Positions 9,447 through 20,919 of a stretch of DNA of 64,000 bases are shown piece by piece; position 1 is the first letter of the stretch, and the number at the start of each line of letters is the position of its first letter. Source of the stretch: Oopsacas minuta (lineage: Eukaryota; Animalia; Porifera); contig JAKMXF010000318.1 in assembly GCA_024704765.1 (NCBI GenBank), forward strand, positions 186,001 to 250,000. Direction: 5' to 3'. The position numbers and the translations under genes were made by a program. The notes beneath the pieces were generated by a model. The model had not been told where the DNA came from, made no database searches, and saw nothing but the letters and a program-made list of their open reading frames with translations.

Positions 9447-12070
9447 TCAAAGTATAGCATCTTTAGTAGCATCATTAATTCCACCAGAAGGTTCTGATAA
9501 TCTTCTGTTGGTTAAAACGAGAGAATCTACAGCTGAAATATGCTGTTCATCAGGGGTGGTGGTTACCTCGATTGGAGCTGCATCCTGCTTCTTTTCACGT
9601 TTCTCCCAAATACAATAAATGGTTAGAAGAATTGCCACGAAAAGAATGATAAGTATAATAGCAATGAAAGCGCAAATAGGGATTAGAAAGCAAGCGAGGC
9701 ATGGATCACGTGAAGCTAAAAAGTAGGTGGGATAAACACATGAAGGGGAAAATAATATTATATACTTACAGGTCTCAGATGTAGTGATGATGTTAAAAAC
9801 GGCGAATACTGGAGTAGCTTGCTTCAAGAAAATTGAAATTAACACACAACAATTCTACACGAATAAAATCTGTAAAACTAACCTCATTCCTATCATAGAA
9901 TAGTATATAATAGCTGATCTGGTAATCCGTGTTAGATAGAAGTGGAATATTGTAAGCAATAGACCCATTGAATGTATATACGCTTCCTTCACCTACTATG
10001 AATTGTATGTAGTCAGTCGGTTGGTTAAAATATGTATCATCAAGTATAGCATGAATGCGAATAGTGTCAGCTCCATTCCGTAGAATAACGCCATTTGCTG
10101 TTGTTGTTACAGCATTGTATCTCTGATTATTAGTGTATGTTGAGAAAATTGGAGAATTACCGGATTCAGCAATGATATAGATTACCCTATGAAGTGTTTG
10201 TTAAGAACTGATTCTGAGGAAATGTATGTAGTAAATATATTTACTTACACGATATCTGCAGTTAGGAATAACTGTTGTGTTGGTACATATATCTGTATTG
10301 TAGTAGAGGAAATACTTGGTGCGGCTGTTGTGGGCAGATTGCTGTCAGGAACTTTTGAAATACAAAAAATAAATAGTATTTGAAAGATAGAAAAGTATAA
10401 CCAATCAGGTATTACCCATAGGAAAGGTTACAACTGCAGGTGCTGTTGTAATATCCCCTTGAGCTATTTCATTAACAATAGACACATCTACAGAGTATAG
10501 AGTATTAGGAGATAATCCAGTCACAGTTACTTGGTAAGGTCCTGTACTGTTGATAACATAGTATACAATAGAATTTGAATAGCTTGAAGTGTAGTAGAAA
10601 ATGTTGAATGATCTCAACTCTCCATTCACAGTAGAAATGTCTATACTCCAAGAAACATCAATTTGTTGATATGACACAACTAGCAAGCTCAAATTCAGAG
10701 GAATTCCACTAGGAGCTAATAACAAAGATAAATTACACTATTTCTATATACAATATGTGATATACAAATATACTCACCAGCAGAAGGAAATGTAACCTCA
10801 AGTGTAAGAGGGAGGGTGGATCCTTCAGCATTTCGTGCACTCACATTCAACTGGTAGGAATAGTTTGGAAGGAAATCACATACAGTTATATTGTTACCAG
10901 CAGGAACACTAACTGTATCAACAGAAGTAACATCAAGTATTGTACTCGAGTTTGAAGATTGGAAGAAATCACTACTTGGCAGAGTACCCACATACACAAT
11001 GGTGTAGTCCAGTAGAAGACCGTTCAGGAATGGAATCGTGAGTGTAGGTACCAAGAAAGATATACAAGTAGAAGTGAGTGTAAAATTGGTGATTTCTGAG
11101 AGGTTGAAAGGTACTACACTCGGTGGCGCTAGAAAGGATATTTGTAAAAGATGCAATTGAAATGATTAAGTATTTGTATTTGTATTTGCTTTTACTCACC
11201 AACTACTGGAGTAGTTGCTGATATCGATTCACTAGCTACACCTATACCAGCTCCATTGACAGCTCTCACAGAGACAGTATAAGTTATTCCTTCTTCCACT
11301 ATGAAGTCGTTTGAGAAACCAGTGATAGAAGATATTGGATATGACTCTGTCGTCTCAAATTCCTGTGTATAAGGTCCCAGTATTATGATATTTGAAAAGT
11401 CTATGATAAAGCTAGTGATAGGTCCATTCTGTTCTAATTCTGGAGGAGCGAACCATGACACACGTATTGTAGACGCATTTATAGTGTTAACTGAGCTAAG
11501 ACTTCCTGCAGCAGGGACTATTGGAAAAAATTTCCAAAAATTATTTATAGCAGATACAAGCCTTTTATATGTTACCTGCTTGATCAGTTGTAGCCATTTG
11601 TACACTTGGTGATACCATTGTAGAAAGTAGAATGCCAACAACAGTCACAGTGTACTCAGTGAAGGGAAATAATCCAACTACCTCAAGGACCTGGTCATTA
11701 TAATTCGGGCTCATGCCTATGTTTGTATCTATCAAAACAGAGTCCGTAGTGCTACGTACAGCTGATAATATTGTTACATTGTAAGATAGAACACCAGGTA
11801 CAACCGTTCCAGAAAAGCTGATATTCAGAGCTGTAGAGTTGAGTGCGACAACAGTAAGATTCTGTACTGGCTCACTAACTACACAGTAAAAGTAACTAAA
11901 TATTTTTCTATAAATATAAATTTCAATTCCCCTTACTTGTTGCTGTTGTTTGTTGTATTATCAAATACAGCACCTAAAATACAGAGAATTATTAGCATTT
12001 GAAAATTCTTGTAAAAACGTGCAACCTTGTAACTTACTGAATAGAAAAGAATCAGATATAGTTTATACAT
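9447..12070 (-). CDS. FN3 receptor A: signal peptide, 4 FN3 domains, RPTP-like juxtamembrane domain, TM helix, short tail with no catalytic domain
   Basis: Exons 12070-12038, 11973-11937, 11878-11576, 11517-11200, 11128-10778, 10715-10416, 10351-10249, 10186-9883, 9821-9770, 9715-9447. SP MYKLYLILFYSVLYLIIQQTTAT; FN3 motifs WFAPPELEQNGPITSF and GLSPNTLYSVDV; juxtamembrane VGEGSVYTFNGSIAYNIPLLSNTDYQI; TM CLACFLIPICAFIAIILIILFVAILLTIYCIW. Confidence 0.85.
10452..11523. repeat. Left arm of a ~1.07-kb near-perfect inverted repeat (partner 13433-14498)
   Basis: The reverse complement matched the right arm wherever compared, including two introns. Differences noticed: one synonymous T/C and one 6-bp (aaatac) unit. 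Confidence 0.95.
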
Positions 12071-12653
12071 ATCCTATTTCTGTTGTTAATAACTATTTTC
12101 ATACAAGGCATACCTTTATATTGAGCAGTTCACAAAAACTGCTTGCAAATCTCCAATAATTATGATTCGTAACCAGTAGCTCTAACATTTGATACTATAA
12201 AAACTGTTAATGTACTCAATTACTACAACACTGCATTATTTTGCGAATTATATCCATGATTGCCAATATTCGTCTGCCACTCGATCTAGTGTCACACCCT
12301 ATTCTACTTATCAATTACGTTGGAGTGAAATTATTCTTTTGATATGTCTATTTAGAAACATTGTACGTGGCTTTACAATGCATTCAATAATTAGTTGATT
12401 GTATAACACTGTCTTAATAATTTCCAAATTTGGAAAGGTGATCATTCCTATTCTACAATTGTACAATATTTATTATTATAGATAAATTGGAATGTTATCG
12501 TTTGTAAGAGGATACATTATATTATCCTATTCTACACTTCGTATTTGTTTATGAGTAATAGTATCGTGCGGATTTGTGGTTGATCTGGCAAAGAAATGAC
12601 TTCAACTGAGGGAAATAAATAGATCACAATAATGAGAATATTAGAAAGTTAAA
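12071..12653. promoter_or_regulatory. Putative bidirectional promoter between FN3 receptors A and B
   Basis: 583-bp AT-rich spacer between the divergent ATGs at 12070 (-) and 12654 (+); positional inference only. Confidence 0.5.
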
Positions 12654-15450
12654 ATGTTCAAAAATTCTATGATATTTTCCTGCAGTGTAAGTTGTATAGT
12701 TTATTGACTTATGCCACAATTGCTTGTGTCTCAACCACTTTGAATGGCCATATCTCGAAAACCGTTTTATATCATCAAAATTACAAAAATGTAGGTCAGC
12801 GTGCCATCTTCCCAAAAAGTTGTGTCTCGGGATAATTTGTCTTACCATAAATACAATATACTGGACCTTAATTAAAAATTATCCAGTTCGATGCCTGAGT
12901 CTGAGCGGTGAATTAATCTCCAATTTTAAGTTATATACAGCCTAATATTTACCTTATTACATCAAATTTTAGATACTCTGCTTCCTTCTCCAACTATCAA
13001 CTGCATCAAGTAAGTGATAATTGAAATCTGGAATAATATGAATGATTAACACTATTTTTTACATTTTGTAGTTTTCTCTCAAGTCGTGGATCTAACTGCA
13101 GTTGCACTCAACTCCACCGCTCTCAATATCAGCTTTTCTGGATCAGTTGAGAGTAATGTTGTATCATACTGTGTGACAGTAGCTTCTGATGTGCGTAATA
13201 GTACTGACACAGTCCAAATAACTACAAACATAGGAGTATTCCCGAATTATACTCGACAAGTTCTTGATTTTGGTGGATTATTTCCCTTCACTGAGTATAC
13301 CATAACTGTAATTGGTACCACCTTAACTTCTGATGTATTAGATCCAGCAATTGCGATTGAGACAACAGAACAAGCAGGTAAAGCTTGTAACTGTAAAAAT
13401 GTCAAAAAATATCAATAAATAATTTCTATCTTCAATAGTCCCTGCTGCAGGAAGTCTTAGCTCAGTTAACACTATAAATGCGTCTACAATACGTGTGTCA
13501 TGGTTTGCTCCTCCAGAATTAGAACAGAATGGACCTATCACTAGCTTTATCATAGACTTTTCAAATATCATAATACTGGGACCTTATACACAGGAATTTG
13601 AGACGACAGAGTCATATCCAATATCTTCTATTACTGGTTTCTCAAACGACTTCATAGTGGAAGAAGGAATAACTTATACTGTCTCTGTGAGAGCTGTCAA
13701 TGGAGCTGGTATAGGTGTAGCTAGTGAATCGATATCAGCAACTACTCCAGTAGTTGGTGAGTAAAAGCAAATACAAATACTTAATCATTTCAATTGCATC
13801 TTTTACAAATATCCTTTCTAGCGCCACCGAGTGTAGTACCTTTCAACCTCTCAGAAATCACCAATTTTACACTCACTTCTACTTGTATATCTTTCTTGGT
13901 ACCTACACTCACGATTCCATTCCTGAACGGTCTTCTACTGGACTACACCATTGTGTATGTGGGTACTCTGCCAAGCAGTGATTTCTTCCAATCTTCAAAC
14001 TCGAGTACAATACTTGATGTTACTTCTGTTGATACAGTTAGTGTTCCTGCTGGTAACAATATAACTGTATGTGATTTCCTTCCAAACTATTCCTACCAGT
14101 TGAATGTGAGTGCACGAAATGCTGAAGGATCCACCCTCCCTCTTACACTTGAGGTTACATTTCCTTCTGCTGGTGAGTATATTTGTATATCACATATTGT
14201 ATATAGAAATAGTGTAATTTATCTTTGTTATTAGCTCCTAGTGGAATTCCTCTGAATTTGAGCTTGCTAGTTGTGTCATATCAACAAATTGATGTTTCTT
14301 GGAGTATAGACATTTCTACTGTGAATGGAGAGTTGAGATCATTCAACATTTTCTACTACACTTCAAGCTATTCAAATTCTATTGTATACTATGTTATCAA
14401 CAGTACAGGACCTTACCAAGTAACTGTGACTGGATTATCTCCTAATACTCTATACTCTGTAGATGTGTCTATTGTTAATGAAATAGCTCAAGGGGATAAT
14501 TCATTGACTGATATGGCTCAAACTCTCCCAAGAGGTAAGTATTTATTATTTATTATATCTCAAATGTCTTTTTTATGTGCGTTTTATTTCTAAAGCTCCT
14601 GACAGCGTTATCCTCACAATACCGCCAGAAATTTTCACTACAACGGTACAGATATATATTCCAACACAACGACTATTCCCATCTGCAAATATAGCGTAAG
14701 AACAATTTCATATTAATCAATATAATTTGCTTAGAATCGATTCTTAACAAACTCTCGGTACTTTTTTTATAGGGTAATCTATATCATAGTCGATTCCACT
14801 AATCCTCCAGTATTCTCTACATACACTAATGATCAAAGATACAATTCTGTAACTACAACAAGTGATGGAGTTATTCTGGAGGATGGGACTGCTACAATTC
14901 GCATTCATGCTGTACTTGATGATTCATATTACAACCAACAGACTAACTACTTACAGATTACAGTAGGAAGAGGAGAAGTATTTTCAATCAATTCCTCTGT
15001 GTTTGACAATATTCCCCTGTTATCAGGAACTAGTTATCAGATTAGCTATTATATATTGTTCTATGATGAAAATCAGCGAATTTCTCCTGAATTTACTTTC
15101 TTCGAAAGCTTTACTGCAACTGAAACTTGTAAGTTGAAATATTGAAAAATTTTATTTTGTTGATTTATAAAATTTTATTTTTAGCAATTCCTTATGTTTG
15201 TTTGGCCTGCTTCCTGATCCCCATCTCTGTTATTCTTGCAATCATTGCAGTCATAATACTGGTTATAATTGCAGTATTGATACACTTTTTGGTATGGAAA
15301 AGACGTGGAAAAAAGGAACAAGTCAACGTACGTGTCATTCCAAATGAAAATTTCAGTAAAACAAATAAAAATTCTTTTGTTATTGCAAATCCAGATATTG
15401 AGGCAAAGTCAACTCCTCCACCAGAAGTTTATGGGACAAGTAGTGTATAA
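12654..15450 (+). CDS. FN3 receptor B, inverted paralog of A
   Basis: Exons 12654-12686, 12973-13009, 13072-13377, 13439-13756, 13822-14172, 14235-14534, 14596-14695, 14773-15128, 15185-15450. SP MFKNSMIFSCSILCFLLQLSTAS; TM CLACFLIPISVILAIIAVIILVIIAVLIHFLVW; tail ends EVYGTSSV. Confidence 0.85.
13433..14498. repeat. Right arm of the inverted repeat
   Basis: See left arm. Identity begins at the acceptor before FN3-2 and stops abruptly after aaggggata near the end of FN3-4. Confidence 0.95.
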
Positions 15451-15489
15451 TAATATTATAGTTATTTGTGTGATATTTTGTGTGAGATC

Positions 15490-15524
15490 TCTGTATATTT
15501 CTGTATATTTCTGTATATTTCTGT
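15490..15524. repeat. 10-bp tandem repeat (ctgtatattt)x3
   Basis: Read directly from the sequence, between the convergent ends of receptors B and C. Confidence 0.85.
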
Positions 15525-15860
15525 GAGTGTATACTTTAATAAAGAGAAATTATGGATTCTAAGTTTAATCAATAAAGCTTCAAATCTCAATTAACAATAA
15601 ATCTAGAATCAAAAATATTTTGGATAAACAAAAATAATGAAATAATAACTAAGTATTACTCTAGTTACGAATAAAATGAAGATCTTCTCAGGTTATCTAA
15701 ACGGGAATAATATTAAAATACTCATAAATGCTAAATTCTAATTATTTTATAGATATTTTTGATGATATTCGGTTAATTGGGAGCAAACAATATTTGCATC
15801 CTGGAATAATGGCCCAAAACTTCAAAGAAAACGATTATCTGGTGTCCCTAATAATGGGAT

Positions 15861-18800
15861 CTATTGTAATGATGTATTACAAACCTGACTTTCCTGTCCA
15901 GAGAAGTTGTCACACAAGTGTTCTGATTCTTTATCAATAGGACTCCCCATAAGTTCTGTTAGGACAGGTAATCTCTCTTTACCTTCAATCAACTCCAACC
16001 TAATGCTCTCAGCATCTACTACTGATCCTCTACTTTCATCTCTCACAATATCTCCCATAGATTTTGATCCATCCTTTAGTGTGTTTCCTAATAGATCTGT
16101 TCCTTTCAAAGTATCATCCATTGGCGCTGAGTCATTCATAGATTCTCCTATAGACTTCTGCTCCTTGGGTGTTGAACCATCTGGTGTGCTCCTCATAGGT
16201 TTTGGGACGTCCGTTGGCATAGTCTCAATATCAATAGGGGGGAAATCCAACCTGACTACAATATTATCTCTCCTTTCTCCTTGCGTTGGAGTACCAATAG
16301 GATTCACACAAGAAGTAATTTTATTAGTAGCAGCACTAGCTCCAGGAAACTGGTTTTTACCTATAACAGCGTATATTGCTTCTTTCGGAACTTCCACTTC
16401 TTCCAGCTCCTTCAGACTACTCCTGTTTGAGAATATTGTCCTTGTCTTCATTTCTACTGCTGTACTTTCTATTGCGATAATCTTTTTCTCTCTATATCTC
16501 CTCATGCACAGTAGTAAGCAAGTAATAACATGTGCCAATATCAAGCATATTACACAAAAGACACCGCATGCGCTAATGGAAGATATTACACTTGTGAAAA
16601 CATTAGCCGAATCTCCTATGAAAAACATAGTTATAAAAAATTGTATGAGATTTCTGTATGCAACTTTTTGAAGTAACTGCATACTTACCAACCCATTCCA
16701 ACCAATATCCCTGAATTTTCAAATAATTTAATGTATTTTACGTATTTCATTGATTTCCAAATTTCTCCGGGATAATCAGAATCCCTGAGGTGGTTTACAA
16801 ATATGTAATCGTGTTCATAAATATACTATACTTGCTAATCTTACCAAGTAAAGTCCTTCCTCCAGATATTACATTACTCTTTGCACCTATTCCCTCTTCA
16901 TTTTCAGCAGTTACATGCAAGGTATAAATTGTCTCGAGTGATTGTAGAGGGAAAGTTACATCTAGAGCAATTCTTGAATTAGCTGGGTATATTATAGGAG
17001 TTGATAATTCGTGGATGAATTCATTTTCGATTAAGCTGAGAGTATCTACATAGACTATGTGATATTTTGTAATAGGTCCATTTTGTTCAATTTCTCTAGG
17101 GGGATTCCATCTGATCGTAACTGAAGTTGTTTCCAGTGTAACCGTCAGCAGGACAGGAGCGCCAGGCACTAAATTTATTTATGTGAAAATTCAGAATTTA
17201 TTTTACAAATTTCATGTATTACCTTCTTGTAAAGTTCTTTGCGTCTCGTTAGCACTATCAGGACCAGATCCCAGTGCAGTAGATGCAGATATAGTAAAAT
17301 TATAGACCACATACTCTTCTAATCCTGTAATATTCTGACTATGAGATTCTGTATCAGGATAACTAGAATTGAGAATGAAGGTTAATTCATACGTCCTAGT
17401 ACTGAATAGTGAAGCAGTATACAAGATGGTGTAATGAGTAATTAAACCATTCTGATGTAAAATGGATGGAGGAGTCCAGTAAATTTGCAATTCTGTAGCA
17501 GATGCTGTCAGTAAAATTATATCTGGTGCGATAGTAGGAACTAGAGTAGGATTGAGGTAAATTGTAAAATGTAGAATTAAAATAAAATGGATTTCGCCTC
17601 TTAGCAAGTCATCTTTGCACGAATTTCCCTTGCTTATACAGTAGAACTCGGATAAGACGTACCCCCCCCGGGAAACAGAAATTAGTACGTCTTAACCGAG
17701 TGTACGACTTCCGTACAATGAAGGTTCTATACTGTATATTCCCTGATGCTCATGGTATAGTAGCTTCCATTTGTGTTCCAAAGAATCGTACTATGACCGG
17801 ACAATTTACGCAGATGAATGTTCGACGGAGGTAGAGAATCACTACTATTCGAAGAGACCAAGTCATGGTCTTAAGCCGAGTACGTCTTATCCGAGTTCTA
17901 CTGTACGTGAACTTGCTTTTAGAGGTATTGTTTCCAATATAAATCCTGAAATACTCGCTATTAGGCGTACACCACTGCAAATATTTACCTGATTCATTCG
18001 TCCTCTGTCGTATACTAGCAAATAAGCTATTTCCGCCTATTGTACCAGCACTTACACTGATAGTATAATTAATATAGGGAGATAATCTCCTTATAATCAG
18101 CTGCCCAGCAAGACTATAGTAGGTCAGGTTATCCAATCTTAAGATATCGGATCTCAGTACTGTGTCGAATATTACTCCTCTATATGTGATGTTATAGTAG
18201 ATAATAAGACCATTCTGATTTAGTAATGGGGGAGGTGACCAGGTGAATAGTATACTGGTAGAGTTTATAGATCGTGCTGTAAGGTTTTGTGGAGGTAAGT
18301 CAGGTGCTGTAGAATACAATTATAATACAGTGTAACCTCATAAACGGTGTGTCAGGGATGCTGCCCAGTATTTGCCAATTCTCGGTTTGTGGAGGTTCAG
18401 TTGATGATACTATATTATTACAATACCTCCAATTCCAGTAGTAACATTCACTTCCTGACTAGAAGGCCCTTCTCCTATCGCTGTAACAGCACTAATTATA
18501 ACAGTATAATTATTACTCTCCTCCAATCCAATGATCGTAGTATTGACCATTGCTCTAGCTGGATAGTATGACATGACGTATATAGTCCTGTTCTGTACAT
18601 CGGTATCAAATGGATGACCATATAAGGTAACATAATATGACTCTATTACTCCATTTTGTTCAGTTGCTGGTGGTGGGTCCCAGGTTAATTGTATCATTGT
18701 TGATCCAATAGGAATTCCTGTGATATTTTCGGGCGCAGCATTGGGAACTAGAGTATAAGTTGGTGTAATTTGGATTATTATTATTATTATTTATGACAAC

Positions 18801-20239
18801 ATACCATCTTCTAAAGTTGTTGTATTTATTATTTCAGATGCATTTCCCTCACCAATTGTATTTATTGCACTAATTATAATGGAATATTTAGTGTATTCTT
18901 CTAAACCAACTATTGTAATATTGTATTCAGATTCAGCAGGGTATGTCACAGTTGGTACAATGAATAGAAGAGTGCCAAATTCAATTATTGTGATATCATA
19001 ACCAGTTATAGGACCATTCTGTTCAAGCTCATCAGGAGGTAACCATGATAAATATATTGCAGTAGAGTTGAATGCTTCGCCCGTTATGTTAAGTGGCGGT
19101 GCAGATGGAGCTAAATAGATAGTGTTAGAATTTTGATAGAGTATGAATGGGAAATTGATGGTACCTGATTGAGTTGTGTGTACAGTTATTTCCTCAGAGA
19201 TTCCATCTCTCAATCCATTGTTTGCTATAATTGTAATATTATAGCTGTTGAATTCCTCCAGTCCAGTTAGATTGTAAGGGCCTTGTAATCCAGTGGTAGA
19301 AGCACCATCTTCAACATTTATTTGAATAGTTCTAACAGTTTCATCGAGTGGGAATCCAAAGTAATTCAAAGTGTATGAAGTAATAATCCCTGTAGTTTTC
19401 GGTAAGTACCAGAAAAGTTGTAATCTCGTAGAACTTGTTGCAAGTGTTAAAATACGCTCAGGAGCACAAGCTGGAGCTAGTAGTATAAATACAAATGCAT
19501 GAATTTACTTGCTATTATATGTGAATTTCTATCAACAAATAAATTGATACACCTACCTATTGATACTCTAGAAGTAAATCTTAATATGTTTTCAGTGAAT
19601 ATTGTTACCTCAATATTGTAACCTATAAAGGTGTTGATATCTCTAAAAGTATATTCAAATATGGCAGCATTTTTTGTAGATACGGTATCAGATTGGTCAA
19701 TTTTGTATTGTGACGTTCTGGAGGTTTTAACTAAATCTGAATCATCTGAATCTGAATCTGAATCATCTGAATCTAAACCTGAACCTGAACCTGAACGTGA
19801 ATCTGAATCTGAATCATTTGAATTTAAACCTGAACCTGAACCTGAACGTAAACGTGAATCTGAATCTGAATCATCTGGTTCAAATTTAAATTCGTACCTC
19901 CTTAGCAAGTTAATCGATTGATTTGTTACGACAGTCCATCGGGCAGTGAGGGATGTATCTGTCGAGTTTATGACTGTAAAATTTTCGATTGAAAAATCTA
20001 GAAAATGGAAATTATACATTTTTGCAATTGAACATATTATATTAGTTATAATTACCAGATTTCACCAGATTGATAGCAGCAAATGAGAATATCTAAACAA
20101 CATTCAATACATGAATATAAGTCACTAGAAATAAATATATAATTGAACCCTTGAATAATTACAGGAACATTTGCAAGTTTGTTAGCCCAATAATTTCATA
20201 TTAACTTACACAAACGATTGTAGCTATCCAGATTTTCAT
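15861..20239 (-). CDS. FN3 receptor C: signal peptide, 7 FN3 domains, TM helix, ~200-aa disordered tail
   Basis: Exons 20239-20210, 20092-20056, 19997-19557, 19476-19165, 19110-18805, 18747-18427, 18306-17989, 17540-17223, 17168-16845, 16616-15861. SP MKIWIATIVCIFSFAAINLVKS; repeated WxPP...QNGxIxxY and GLEEYxxY motifs; phase-1 FN3 exons; TM ISACGVFCVICLILAHVITCLLLCM followed by RRYR. Confidence 0.85.
17639..17903. mobile_element. 265-bp MITE in an intron of receptor C
   Basis: Perfect 24-bp TIR cagtagaactcggataagacgtac / gtacgtcttatccgagttctactg with TA on both sides; subterminal gtcttaNccgag repeats. Confidence 0.93.
19735..19875 (-). repeat. Coding hexamer repeat encoding a 47-aa Ser/Asp/Gly tract
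   Basis: gattca and ggttca units; translates as DDSDSDSRLRSGSGSGLNSNDSDSDSRSGSGSGLDSDDSDSDSDDSD in the receptor C frame. Confidence 0.9.
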
Positions 20240-20919
20240 TTTATATAATTGTCCAAATTGTGAAATATTAATTATTATGGAATATTTCTCATTTCTTCTT
20301 TTATTCAAGTACGATTGACATTTCAGAAAACTCAATTGTAAAAGAAGGACTAATTATTTCGGAGCTTTGAGCAATAATTACATTCTTCCTGAACTTGCAT
20401 TCTTCATTTTCCTGGGTTACTAGCTAGATCCTCAAAGTTTGAAATTTCACCATACAACTGTGCTTCCTAAGTTAGATTTTGTAAAAAGGCGGAAATCAAA
20501 CGTATCAAATTTACAGTTACAAGTTGTTTATTTGCAATCAATAATAATAGTCAGATTTATAAATTTCTGATATCTATATCTACGTTTCCAGTTGGATAAT
20601 ACATTAATTCGTAGTACATAGCATATTCATCAGAAATTACCCCTCTAATTTGATTTCTATCAGACTGAAATAATGGCTTATCTAAGCTAAGGATGTCGTG
20701 CTGGTGTAATTACAGCAACTTTCTGAGAATATATATATGCGCTACTTATATTATTCGCTAAGTATCCAATTTGTTTATCTTCTTTCTAGCTATTTCCCTG
20801 AGTAAACAATATTTGTTGATATTTATTCATTGGTTTTCGTTTCTTATTTACTAGTATGATCTCTCGCTTCTTTATAGGATAATCCTTTAATTATAACTGT
20901 TTAAAATCATTTTCATAAG

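Noticed and set aside
12654-12972. Idea that receptor B lacks a first exon and is a silent cassette
   Set aside because: A 33-nt ATG exon with a perfect GTAAGT donor exists at 12654-12686, matching the size of A's exon 1.
15907-16671. 254-aa plus-strand ORF
   Set aside because: Antisense shadow of the receptor C TM/tail exon; Ser/Ile/Leu-rich composition typical of reverse frames, no motif.
17750-17988. ORF extension through the MITE (YLQWCTPNSEY...) and the plus ORF 17771-17992
   Set aside because: Intron read-through past the 17989 donor; the MITE has no transposase motif.
19631-19921. Plus-strand ORF with SESESE/EPEPEP repeats
   Set aside because: Reverse reading of the hexamer repeat; the minus frame is the one continuous with splice sites and FN3 sequence.
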